Source: Tubulanus polymorphus | Taxonomy: Eukaryota > Animalia > Nemertea | Reading direction: 5' to 3' | NCBI RefSeq assembly: GCF_964204645.1 | Contig: NC_134027.1 | Span: 9,704,485 to 9,768,484 of the forward strand | DNA length: 64,000 bases | In this document: in pieces, positions 1 to 12,700 of the stretch | Numbering within the stretch: the first letter of the stretch is position 1 | Layout of the letters: every line of letters begins with the position of its first letter | The notes under the pieces: model-generated | Databases searched by the model: none | Told to the model about the DNA's origin: nothing | The model's input: only the letters and a program-made list of their open reading frames with translations | Translations under genes and position numbers: made by a program

Positions 1-1008
1 GAACTACGTATTCAGACATCGCAAATAAAAGCCACCATAGGTGCCAGCAAAAATGCTTGTACCTCATCGGATTTCCTTTTATGCAATCTACATTTAACTG
101 GCACAATTTCTTTACGGCCTTTCAAAAACCATTGAACGCGCGATCTATTCCCTCCCATATCTTTTCGACATCGTTCTTTTTGCTTGTAAACGAACGTACG
201 TATATATTCTTGATTTAAAAAAGACGCTCTAAACGAGGAAAAAGAATTAAGATACTATACGCCCAGAAATGGATAAAATGCGAAGAAACATGTCATTTTG
301 TTATCAGCGATCGAATTTTAGTTTTCATTTTTGTTTTTGCGTCTTCGTTGCGTGAGATTTGATCAATCTTTCCGGTTTCCAAATACTTTTTATTCAATAT
401 GAAGTCAGAGCCCATATGATTCAACTTGGTAGATTTTCTTTCGTCATGATATCTGTCTGCTGTATGTCTCCGCAACTGGTGAGTGGCCGTTTCGCGACAT
501 GTCGTTTTGCACACGGTTTTTCGAGAGAGTTCTGCAACCTTTCCGCGCGAACAGATCATTGAATACGCCCCGTTATCGCGACGGTCGCTCCGCCTTTTCT
601 GTCACGCATTGTCCTACGTCGAAATCAGCATATGAAACGACGGCGAACGATTTGAGCAGTGAATGCGCGGTCGTCACAGCGTGTCAACACTGCCGATGCG
701 CTGATTCGCTGCCATCGTAGAAAAAAATTGATCATTCACAGCAAAGATCTAATTCAGCCGGCGTTTAGGCCTATCGCAGGGCAGGCAGAGGGTTGGTTTT
801 TGTCTGTTTATGCTAGACTGCCAAATGGTGATTAAGCCCAAAGTTTATTAAGCGCTTTATATGCGGTGTCATCCTCATTTGCAGGCAGCAAATAAAACGA
901 GTTAGACTAGGGATGAGCAAGAAGAAGTTTACTCTATACCGATTCATATAACAATACGTAACTATCGGCTTCGTATATAGCGAAAAGGTTATCACAGACA
1001 CTTTCCAG

Positions 1009-1414
1009 GTAAGATATATCAATCATTTTATTTCAAAGTATATTCTTTTCAATAGATTTGTTGTCGTTTATCATTTAAATCTTACAAAAATAGCGGCAAC
1101 AACGAAAATACTCGATGCGACTAGTTCTGAATTGTGCTTTTCACTTTTGTGCTTTTGGCAATTTTGCAATGCTTCCCTTGTAATCCATATATTCTTATTA
1201 CAAATTAGTACTTTCACAATTCAAGCACGTTTTCTTACATTTTGCGAAGGATTTGCTCAATCGACATCGGTTTCAAGCACTTCGCACGCATATTCATTGT
1301 TCGTTTTTGTCACGAACGACACCTTGCGGTGTAATGTACAATGATGTAGTATATACGTATTCGCGTTTAACGTTGACGTTTCTGATGTTTGGCCGAATTT
1401 ATTGTGTTTTACAG
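1009..1414 (+). other. Probable 5'-UTR intron of Fezf
   Basis: Strong donor CAG|GTAAGA at 1009 and acceptor TTGTGTTTTACAG ending at 1414, 10 nt before the ATG. A second ACAG follows at 1415-1418. Confidence 0.5.
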
Positions 1415-1424
1415 ACAGCTGGCG

Positions 1425-3038
1425 ATGAGAGAAGTGGACGATCACGACCAAAGGATGTCCTCGTCACCGGATTTGCAGGATACATCAAGCATGGACCACT
1501 GCGACTCGCCAATACGGGTAGATTCGCCCGATCCGACCGACGATGACGTGCCGAAAAGTACCCGTCATGACAGTCCACCGGCGCAAACTTCACCGCCGCC
1601 GAGAACCGAGCGTATATCACTGGCGTTTTCTATCGAGAGGATCATGGAACCTACGCCGAAACGATCGCCGCCCCAGCGTGAACTATCGCTGCGGTCCGTC
1701 GTGGACGATTTCAAACGTAAAATGCAGGAACCGTCGTCGATGGGCTTCCCACCGGTTTTAGGGATCCCTGCACCGAACATTGCCACAGCGTTTCAACTGG
1801 GCGTTTACAACGACCAACACAGACCGGGACATTATCCATCGCCGAGGGACTTACAGGATGCTATGAAGTACTTTCCGTACATGCATCCTGCGTTTCTTAT
1901 AGGAGGACTCAGCGAATACAATGCCAACCTATTTCGCCATTACTCAAACTTACAATTGAATGGATTAAGCGCTTTCACAGGTACTAAAGAAAAGACAAAT
2001 GTCGAAGTTCTAAAGCAATCTATGGATCAGCACCTCGGTCAACAATCTGAGCCTAAAAAACCGGCGGTTTTCGTCGATTCGCCTCCACGACCGAGCGAAG
2101 TTTTACCTCGGTCGCCGGACGTTTTAAACGGTAGTTCATCCAGCACCCATTCCGTAGACGAGACGCTCGATTTATCGGTACGAAGTCGAACCAACGGTAC
2201 GAACAATGCAGACACGTCAAAGGACAGTATAGTCAGCTCGGACTCACCTGGTGATACGAACAAAGGGTGTAAAAAGACGGTCAGCAAATCGCAGAAAACG
2301 TTTACGTGCAACGAATGCGGGAAGGTTTTTAACGCGCATTATAACCTGACCCGGCACATGCCGGTGCATACCGGGGCCCGGCCGTTCATCTGCAAGATTT
2401 GCGGCAAAGGGTTCCGTCAAGCCAGCACCTTGTGCCGACACAAAATCATTCACACACAAGAAAAGCCGCATAAATGTAACACTTGCGGCAAAGCGTTCAA
2501 CCGCAGTTCGACATTGAACACGCACATGCGAATTCATCAGAACTATAAACCGTTCGTGTGCGAATTCTGTGGAAAAGGATTCCACCAGAAAGGTAACTAC
2601 AAAAATCATAAACTGACGCACAGCAGCGAAAAACAGTACAAATGCAATATATGTAACAAGGCTTTCCATCAGGTGTACAATTTGACATTCCATATGCATA
2701 CACACAACGAAAAGAAACCGTTCACCTGTCCTATTTGCTGTAAGGGTTTCTGTAGGAACTTTGACTTGAAGAAGCACATGCGGAAACTACACGACGGAGC
2801 GCAGCTCACTTCGACCAACCAAAGTGCAAATATGAACTTGCCAAAACTGGGGGATACTTTGTATTCAAGTGCGCCGCAAGGCCCGTCAGTAAGTTGTTAT
2901 AACCCGGTTCCTTCGCTACCAACGTCCAGCTACCTCCAACGGTCCCCGTTACTGGGGCATCCACTATCTTGTCAGCCAAATCCATTTCTGATGCCCGGCG
3001 CCCCTTCTATTTTACATAAGATTCCATCTATGATTTGA
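1425..3038 (+). CDS. Fezf: Fez-family zinc-finger transcription factor (Fezf1/2, earmuff orthologue), single coding exon, about 537 aa from the first ATG
   Basis: ORF 1389..3038, first ATG at 1425. N-terminal eh1 motif LAFSIERIM. Six C2H2 fingers with the diagnostic Fez sequences [80 protein letters not shown] and [16 protein letters not shown]. Confidence 0.97.
   Translation: MREVDDHDQRMSSSPDLQDTSSMDHCDSPIRVDSPDPTDDDVPKSTRHDSPPAQTSPPPRTERISLAFSIERIMEPTPKRSPPQRELSLRSVVDDFKRKMQEPSSMGFPPVLGIPAPNIATAFQLGVYNDQHRPGHYPSPRDLQDAMKYFPYMHPAFLIGGLSEYNANLFRHYSNLQLNGLSAFTGTKEKTNVEVLKQSMDQHLGQQSEPKKPAVFVDSPPRPSEVLPRSPDVLNGSSSSTHSVDETLDLSVRSRTNGTNNADTSKDSIVSSDSPGDTNKGCKKTVSKSQKTFTCNECGKVFNAHYNLTRHMPVHTGARPFICKICGKGFRQASTLCRHKIIHTQEKPHKCNTCGKAFNRSSTLNTHMRIHQNYKPFVCEFCGKGFHQKGNYKNHKLTHSSEKQYKCNICNKAFHQVYNLTFHMHTHNEKKPFTCPICCKGFCRNFDLKKHMRKLHDGAQLTSTNQSANMNLPKLGDTLYSSAPQGPSVSCYNPVPSLPTSSYLQRSPLLGHPLSCQPNPFLMPGAPSILHKIPSMI
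1626..1646 (+). other. eh1 (Groucho/TLE-binding) motif FSIERIM of Fezf
   Basis: Translation FSIERIM matches the eh1 consensus FxIxxIL/M typical of the Fez N-terminus. Confidence 0.9.
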
Positions 3039-3803
3039 ATATTAGTCAATATTACACATTGTGCGTTGTATTTTATTATGATGTATTGAATGGAACCTAA
3101 AACCGACTGATCGATAATAACGGTGCATTTTCACGTCACGGCGATGTATGTACAAGCGAATTAAATCCGATTAAAATCAGATGTCAGATGTTTTTGGCCG
3201 GAATTAATCGGATTTTAAATCGTTCGTTCGGTTAACAAAATCCGGCCAACGATTCGCAAAAAAAAAATTCTTTCCACAGATCGCACGTTCGCGTTACATT
3301 TGTATCTCGACCCACTAGAATTGATATAACATGTAATGATATATACGAAAGTCTATAGACAAATATGAAATTTGCCAGCTGGGTACTTCGTTTAAACAAG
3401 CGAAATACGTCTATGTCCATTTTTCGAGCCACGAACGGTACGTTATGGAAGAGCTAGACTATGATTTTATCCGTACAAATGACCATTTTGTAAAAAATAC
3501 GTCGACTATCTGAATATGCATCGTTTGAAAAATTACATCCGAAAATGAATGGCACAATATGTACTTAGCACATTACTTACATACTACATTAGTATTCGGT
3601 ATTCAAATTATCTTCTAATCACAACGTGTCGCATGTCTGGACAATTTCGATACATTACGTAATTAATTCAAGCATTATTTCGTTTCTCATTCGAGTCAAT
3701 ATTTTGAGTTTATAGGCGGTGAATTTTTGAAAAATTCCATCGTACCTTTTTCCTAACATCAATTCCAAGTTTGTTCCGATCGACGTTGGTTTTATTTTTG
3801 TCG

Positions 3804-3809
3804 AATAAA
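3804..3809 (+). terminator. Candidate Fezf polyadenylation signal AATAAA
   Basis: First AATAAA I found downstream of the stop codon; another lies near 4103. Confidence 0.35.
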
Positions 3810-6800
3810 GCGTAATCCATTTAGAAAAAAAATAACTAATTTCCATCTATTTACATATAGGACCTTAATTTTGAAAGCTTCCATTAACATTCGGGTAGGA
3901 TTAACATTTGCCATCTCATAACATAGGTAAAAATGTATTCGTCTGTGGAATCTGTTGTAACTAGTCGAAATGTAAAAATGATTGCTTTCCGTATATTGTC
4001 CGCTACGACAAATGTTCGCTATTATTCGATAACTTATAGTTCAATATCTGTTAATCCGAGTCTCTAAAACCGAGGATTATTGTGCTTATCGAGACAAAAT
4101 GCAATAAACCTATCCATCGTTTTGAAAAAATATTACAATTGCCCCTTTTGTCAGTTTGTTAATCCTACTATACAGTCCTTTTTGAAATTGATTTTCACTG
4201 CCCTGAGCAGAAAATTCTAATATCTATCCTAACGTTGTAGTCTTGCGCGAAATATATTAGAGATGACGCCGGTAATTCCGGGGCTCCTATTGTGGTTAGA
4301 TTTCAAATCGATTGACTTCCGCAGAATTGATAAATTGATGTTTTATCTAGGCACACACGTGATTAGATTTAAATCAACTAACGTAATGAGGGACTTAATT
4401 TATATCAACGTGTACCCTGGATTGATACATAAATATATTTCTTCCTAATCTCCCATCTTTCTAATAGTATCTAATTAATCAAATTCTACTGATATTCTAT
4501 ATTTTCGGAAAAAAATTGAGTAATTAAATTCCCTAGGTCAGGCAGGGTATCTAAATAATTGGCAATAGTTGGCCGTATCGAAGGATATTGTTTTCTGGTG
4601 GCTTTATATTTAATATCTTCATGCATTTGTAGTCAATTCGGAATAGAATAGTCGATCAATACTGCGAGAACGTGCTAATATTAAACGATGCCTTTAATGG
4701 TAATACATTTTCAATTTAACATTTCTTTGGTCATCAGCAGTATTTAGTTGTTATATTGCAACTGATAGCCGAACTGAACCAAACCAAATGAGATGTTTGC
4801 GATAAATGATTAAACGGGCAGGGTTCGAGTAGTAGGCTTCCTCGGTTGAACAAGGACGATCGTTTGAAAACCAATTTTTGTTCGTCGTCTTGATGCTTGA
4901 TTTCCATGTTTTCCTATCATTACGATTTTGACTTGTCGTTATGCATCTTCAGCGGACAATTTGCAGCTATTGCCACGAACTCTTCGAGTGTTTTTGGTGG
5001 TTTGACTCTTCCGTAATTACCGAGTTAATCTAATCCCCTGAGTCATTCGCAGCGCGGCGCGCAAGTCATCTTTCCATATTATAAAAACAACCGGAGACGT
5101 TTTTGTACTTGGCTGGGGCCTTGTCTCTTCGTTCAGCTGTCGATGATTAACAATATGACTCCATCGTCCTTGCATGTCGTTAGATGAAATATCCTACTTA
5201 AGTCCTCCTCGTCGACTCATGTGTAAAATACTCATCTTCATAGACTCGATCGACTCGACTCGACTTTTTCGACTGCTTGCCTTGCTCGCTCGCAGACGAG
5301 ACGGCGAGTGTCTTTCTTGTCATCAATTATTACATGAATGATATTCCACTAGCTACAGTGCATACGAAATCAATTAGCAATCGATGGAATAAACATATGA
5401 GAAAACGAATGCCTTTCTAATTACCGATAACCAATATATTAAAAAGCCAATGTTTGCGAAACTGGAGAACGTAAGCAATTTAATGACACGAATGAAATGG
5501 ATACTTAGTATCGAAATGTGCAGTCAACATCTCATCATATATTGGGTTCTTCGTTCTCTTGGTTGTCTTATTTAAACTATAATTTTGTGAATCAGGCTGA
5601 AACGGAAGTCAATAGGTAGTCAACGTTACGTTACCTGTTTTTACATACGCTTAACCTTCGCAATTGAATACTCTGGCTCTTCTTGCTCATTAGCGCGGTA
5701 TTAATTTCACATTTGATTTAGAATCAAGTCGAATTATCATATTACGGTTTTCGTATTATTGGCTTGTTTAACTGAAGTACCCAGGCACGTTTTTCAACCG
5801 TTTCTTTCTAAGCCAATTAGTAATTTAAAGAAATATCGAATATCTAATCAGTGCGATTTTACAACATCGCAATTTGCATCGTCAGTTTTGCCCAGGGACT
5901 CTTCGTTTTATAGTACATGGATAGCATAAGTGTCCCTGGTTATTGGTATAATTAGTTCTTGACGGGGAGGATATTTCATGAAGGGAGGGCCTTAGCCCAG
6001 GGTATACCCAGCCATCATCGTCACCTTCGATGGTCACATACTCAAAGCCCTTCGGGCGCTGCCTCGCAACGTTTTAATTGCTATGTAAAGGTCTCGTTAA
6101 TGCCTGTGTAGAGAAATTGGACGTGTCTAGTTAAATTCTTAATCGCATCGCAGTTGGCAATTTAGGCGGATGTGTTTAACTCACCGTGAATGAAACCTTT
6201 GTTAGTTTTAAACGTGTTCTCACCTTTCTGAGAGTTGGATTGTCATTTACGCTTAATGATGAACTACTACTGTAAGGAAACGACTACGGATGGCACTTCT
6301 ATTAACTATAAACCGTATGGATAGAGATTTCGAATACACATTCTCGTCGTGGTGATGATAATGAAAGCATTGTGCCCAAATACATAGATGATATGTACGT
6401 CGATATACGGAACTCTCAGAAACTGCGTGTAGTAAATGATAACGTGTCTCACATGAAATTATTATGTTGTAAAATGATGTCATATCACAAAGTCGAAGGT
6501 TTTTACGATTTTGCCGCATATTTCTCTCGTGTGGTGAATTATAGGATGACGGGTTTCACTTATCAGTTCTATGGGCATACGACTTCGCTTCGGGCTCCGA
6601 TTTTCGCCTTTTTTACATAGTGTATAATCATGGTACTCGATACCGTGAATATAAATATGTAGTCCTATGTCCGTGTATTGCCAAAGAGTTGATAGGTACA
6701 TTAAATATATTATATATATTAATCATAATTATTTATACGCAGATTGTAAATAGATATAAATTATTTCGAAGAATTATATCTCCTATACGGACAATGTATG

Positions 6801-8106
6801 ATTTGTACATCTCATATGTACATCTTCTCGAGAAACTGGCCAACGGTTCTTGCCCGTTATTACTCTATCAAACTGTTCCAGCTGTGATATATATATACAT
6901 TATATGTATAATCATTATCAAATCATAGGCAATTCCCGACGCGACCTGCATATACGAAAAATATATGGTCAGTGAAACAAAATGTGTACCGACTGACCCC
7001 TTCCTTGATCGTCGACGCAAAATAAGTGTGGCTCGAAACGAATTAGTCATCAAAAATATCTCTCAATAATCAACCACCCACCAGTTAAATCAGCCCCGGA
7101 GAAAATGAAATATAGATTTGTTTTGCGTGTTTGTATGCATATATATGTATGTATATATGTTTTGTTTTTTCTTTTGAATGAAAACTCATGGCGTATAACT
7201 GTGTTATTTGAAGCACCTCTAGTTGGCAAAATATACAACGTCATCAATTTAAAATCAAAAAAGGAAATACCGATGATCATAGTTTGTACTTCAATGTTGA
7301 TCTGTTGTTGTTTTTTTTTTGTAATTGTGTACGACATCACCTCATACACCTTATAAATTCACCCCGATGATGTTTAAACATATAGGCGAATATTTATGGT
7401 ATAAATTGGAGTATTTTGTTTAGCTTAACTATGTAACATTCATTGTTATAGTAAAAGTTCCTATGTGATTGGTTTCGTGTGTGTGTGTGTGTATATAACT
7501 GTTTCCAATGGATAAAAAATCTTATGATAGGGAAACATTGCATTTAAATCTAATGAACGTCTGTGATCTTCGCAATTTAGACGTGTGCTTGAAAAGAATG
7601 AACCGAAAACCAAAACGTCACGACAATTCATCTCTGTTTTTGTCATGCATTAAGAAAGAAAAATGTTTGCAGGGAAAAAAGTGTACGGAAAAGGATTCTC
7701 ACACGCAATAACTGTCTATTTCATATGATCGTATACATTGCATATTGTTCGATTCGTCAGTGGAATTCAGTAAAAATATCTATAATAACGTGTTAATGTT
7801 GGTGAAAATTTAAAAAAAAAGAAATGAACGGTTATTCAAACGTGTGTCAGTTCGCCGATAATAGAGAAGTTGAATGTGTGTGTACGTATAGCCTGAAGAT
7901 GAAGCCCAGAAACGAGAATTTTAATACTGTCTGTACAATTTCTCAAGGAGATCTATCTCGATCGATAATTCGTCACTCTCTCTCGTTCGTCTTTCGTATT
8001 TTCTTATGACAAATTACGAATAGATAATTAACAAATAAAGAACTGTGAGGCCTCTTTACGCGCACGTTGTATGCAGAAATGATGTTCTTTATATATTGTT
8101 CGATTT

Positions 8107-8133
8107 CGCGCGCGCGCGCGCGCACACATGTGT
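8107..8133. repeat. (CG)8 followed by CACACATGTGT, an alternating purine-pyrimidine tract
   Basis: Read directly from the sequence. Confidence 0.9.
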
Positions 8134-9560
8134 CGCGCATAATATTTCCTAATCAGAAAGTGTGCGTCAAAAAGTTCATTCTTCGTTTATTTTCAAGGGG
8201 CACTGGTGTTTCGTAATTTTTCCTTGTAACGTACCACATTTTGTGCTAAAACGTGTATACACAATGTTGAAACCGTCGATATCATATGAATATTAAAATG
8301 CTATACCGATTATATTAGTGTGTTGTTTCGTTCGGGTATACTATAGATACACTACGTAATATATCTATATACATGTGACAGGGTTCTATGTACAGAGATG
8401 AAATAAAAGTCATCGTAAACAAAATTCATTACGCAGTATTCGTAATTTCAATTTTCGTTTTTGTTTTCCACATTTTCTTCGACGGGTGGCGGCTGTTCAT
8501 CGAGGAAGTGCAGCTGACATCATTGTTGTATTCATGATACCCCTTGCTCCGCGAGAATAAAACACCGTTTGCAGCAAAATTGAGAAGATTGTACGTTTGA
8601 TTGACAAATGACCATTTATATACAGAAATGACGAAATTGCAAATATTACGGATTAAAACTGAATTTCGCAAAAAGGTTGGCCAAAAAGTGCCACATACGA
8701 ATACAGTACCACAGTATGCAAATTAGCGAGGACAAATACTGGAATAGTATTTTGCAATTAATGATTCCCAAAAGAGATGGGGCCGAATAAGGAATTAGTG
8801 ATATCTCAATTGGACGAAGTAAAGAAATTAAGTAAAGATTTTTTAGATTTGTAAAATATGTTTGAGATTTATGTAGGCGCATGATATGCTTCTGAATGAT
8901 TCGTCGAAGATTTCTCTGTCATTAGTTGTTGGTGTGATCGCGACCTCTCTGTCAGGTAATAACCGGTGTACTGAGTGCACATTTCGATGAACTACTTATA
9001 AAGACTAAAAACTAAATTACTAGTACCGTGCTGTGACTACACGCGGCCAAATATTAGCCCTAATTACCAACTGACCTCACTACGGGGTGCTTCGTTAATA
9101 TATTAATAATCGTGGCAACGATTCACAATGACAACGGTCATTGCTCCAGCCAACTGGCCACCGTCTAGGTTTGCGTGACGGACGATTTATCAACAAACAT
9201 GATATTTGTCCCAGCGCATGCTAAGCCAGTGCACCAAATGGCCTTTCAGACCTATTGACTCGATATAAAATGACAGGTAGACTCGGCACGCAAGCGCAAT
9301 CCGTTGGACGTCGTATTACCGGCTGGGTCGTGGCGCTCAGTGATACACAATATCTTTTCATGCGTGGCATGCAATCAATCAGTCATGTCTGTATAGTACT
9401 GCTCACTTCTGGCTTCGAAAAAAACCATTTTTAATTTTTCTAACGATCGATTTGTATGGTTTCCACAGCGATTGGAAACGGAGGTCGCCTGGATCGTGGA
9501 GGTGTCTCTATCACCTCTGGGGTGAAACTTGGTATTTTATACTTTGATAAAGAATAATTA

Positions 9561-9710
9561 TACAATAGACTTCGCTCAAGTCGGATATTTTGGGACCGTG
9601 TAAATGTGTCCGACTTGAGTGATATCCGAATTGGATGTTAAGTATTTCATATAAAGCGTCACAAAAAATTTCAAAAAACATCCGAGTTGATCGGATCCGA
9701 GTCTACAATA
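9561..9710. mobile_element. Degenerate MITE-like element
   Basis: Ends tacaaTAGACTtcg ... ccgAGTCTAcaata, with an internal inverted pair ctcaagtcgga / tccgacttgag. Confidence 0.4.
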
Positions 9711-12700
9711 CGTATTTTTCCAACGGTAAAAAGTATTGATCACCCAGAAATTCTACACGCTGATTATATAAACTACATAATCCACGTTCAAATGATTTCA
9801 ACAAATGTTTTATTTTTGAATTCGTAGCTTTTCATACATCATCACATTAGAGATCGAGAGTCATTATACGAGCCGTGGTTGTACTTGCACCGTATGGAAT
9901 TCATTAAGCCCATTTATATTACCGCGGCAAGGGGCAAGGTCCTTTCAACCCGCAACGTGCATATCTATCATTGTATGAAGTGAATGTCGCATAAAATTTT
10001 ATCACATTTATCATTAATAGATTCCCCCAGCTTGCCGCGGAATGAAAATACGTGTAGCTCGGATTCATATGACCGTAACCCATCCATGCCAGTTTCTCGA
10101 CAACAATGCGTGTCACACTTTTTATTCGCCGGCGAATTGCGAAGCTATTTCTAACGCGACGAGATAAGCTGCATAATTATCGTCGCCGAGAGAATGGCCA
10201 GAAATGCACCCACACGGTGCTTAATTATCGGGTGTCATTGTATCTATCGGGGATCGCAATATTTCGGGAGAATCATTATATCCGATGCAAGGATGCATTC
10301 ATCGAAAACCTGTTTCTCGGCGGATTTCAAAATGAAAATTCAACCGTGGTGTATCATAAACTACTGAATATGTACATAAATATATACACGCGAATCATGT
10401 TCGCGCATTCACTAATGCTAACTTCCAGCCAAGTGGGTACGAAAATACTATTTACTTTATTCCACACTGGTCGATAATACAATTCAGTTTTGTGCTGCAT
10501 CACATCAAAAATGACGCATAAAGAACGCGCAAAATCATTTAATACGCAGAAATATTGACTCGCGTATTGGCAGCAAAAATGCACATCGAAATAGACAAAC
10601 AGCCGTAGGTTAATACGTCCAGTAATATTGATGCGCACATTATTCTTACCGATTCACTGAAATTCGATATCTGCTTCGAACGAATAAAGCATCGATTTTG
10701 TTAACGTAAGTTGTTACTATACCCGGTACTCGATCGACGTCAAAAAAGTTACCGTTTGTGTCGAATCAAAGCGCGGCATAAACAAGGTGAGGTTGCCGTT
10801 TTACTGCTGCTGATCGGGGAACAACTAGGTCAGCGCTTCCGGTCGGCTCGCAACCAATCAGCAACAACGACAGAGCATTTCGCGCGAACAAAATGCAGGA
10901 AATCGTACGAACTCGCACAGTCCTGATTATATTACACATATATACGCGTTGGCGTGTTGAATTATTTGCATATTTCATGGATTAAAAAAGCTGAAGCCGG
11001 TATTGACTACTCAGTCTGTATCAATTTTAACAGCTGATACACACGTTAGGCTGAAGTAGCGCGATTGTGTATACTTCGGGCACCATTCTGACCAGATACG
11101 AATATTGAATGCCTTTTCTGCAACCGCAATTTTGAATTTGTGCACGATCTTTACAGATGTGTATCTTGTGTATCGCCTATTTCTTTTCGGATTGGATAAA
11201 ATCAATGAATTAGAAATTACTCAAAACAATATTACAAACTCACATAGAGTATTCCAAGCACCACCAAAATGATATGAATGATGTTGGTGAGTCGTGTCTA
11301 TAATCGGCACTTTTGACATCATTTTCAAGTTATCTTGACAAAGTTTCCACGAAATCAATGTAAACATGAATAGTCGTTTGACTTGCTCAGTATCTACACG
11401 ACGGCCTAATTAACTCGAAAGTCTAACCCTTTTCTTATTAATGCCTGGCGCCAGTTTGTCGCGGCTAGCGCGCCGGTGAGGACCTCAAGTGGGCCCGTTA
11501 AAAACGGAATATTAGCATTTTCATGCCCGACCCAGTAAATTCGTGTACGGTTGCTCTTATTTTTGCGAATGTATACATAATATAATATACACGTAGATAT
11601 ACACACTCATTCTATATGCCTAGATTCTTATATGTTTCACTTGAAATATTTTTTCTACAAGAAGGAATTGCGTGAAGTGACATTAATCAGCAAACGATTC
11701 AAATCGACCACGTATAAAGGAATATTTTGCCAATTTATACATTTCGCTTCATCCATTTAAGTCTTTCTTTAATCTGATCCGTTGGGCTGGATATTTTTGA
11801 TTTTTCCATTGTAAAAAATATCAAAACTTGCCATCAAACGCCTAAAAGAGTATTACAAGATTACACGTTGGCGTTAATTCGACTCTATGTTTTACAATCG
11901 TTTTTACAGGTGGCTTTTCTAGATTTATATCGGCTTGAAATATAGGTAAAATGAGCAGCTACGCTGAGTACCAGTTACAAACAGCTGCTTACTGTACAAC
12001 AGAGGATGAATGGCGGATCCTATTTCGTGAAAATCGTATATTTGATAACAATTGAAAGGGCGTCATTTTTTAAAGCGAAACGTGAATACTTTCGTCGCGG
12101 AGCAGATGTTTCTCGTCCGGTCTAGGTGCCGTAAGTGCAAGGGCTGAAACCAAATCCAGATTAGCGAAAAACAGCCTGACGTATATGTATATAAGACAAT
12201 ATATCTATATATGTGTGTATCTGTGATTGGCCCAGTAACTATCAGTTTATCACCAAATTAAAACTAACGACACCGCTCTCATGTCCAAAATATAGAAATG
12301 ATATGTATGTATGTATGTATGGTACATATCACTGAAATACTACGATATACAATGCGTATACGTATTTCTATGGAAATCGTCGGAATACTTTATCTTACAG
12401 ATCTTTCCACCTGTAGACCATAGAATGTTTCAAAAATTAATAGATCTCGTACATCTACGGCTGTATTTTACATCGACACATAGCGTGACACGTGTGTATG
12501 AACTGTTACCGGGCATATCAGTGTAGACTGCGTACGAGGTGATATCATCATATCATCATGATCATTATCACAACAATCGATCATCGATCGAGCATTGTTT
12601 AAAAGAAAGTTTCATTCCCTATGCACGTTGTAAAATGTCGTCGCGCTTATGTGATCACTCATCTTGCCAGGGAGCACCTCGCAGTTCTCGTTATCAGTCC

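Noticed and set aside
1389-1424. TTG-initiated N-terminal extension [12 protein letters not shown] from the ORF track
   Set aside because: Eukaryotic gene; this segment looks like a pyrimidine tract and acceptor. The first ATG is at 1425.
2244-2777. 177-aa antisense ORF
   Set aside because: Shadow ORF opposite the Fezf zinc-finger codons, with no independent features.
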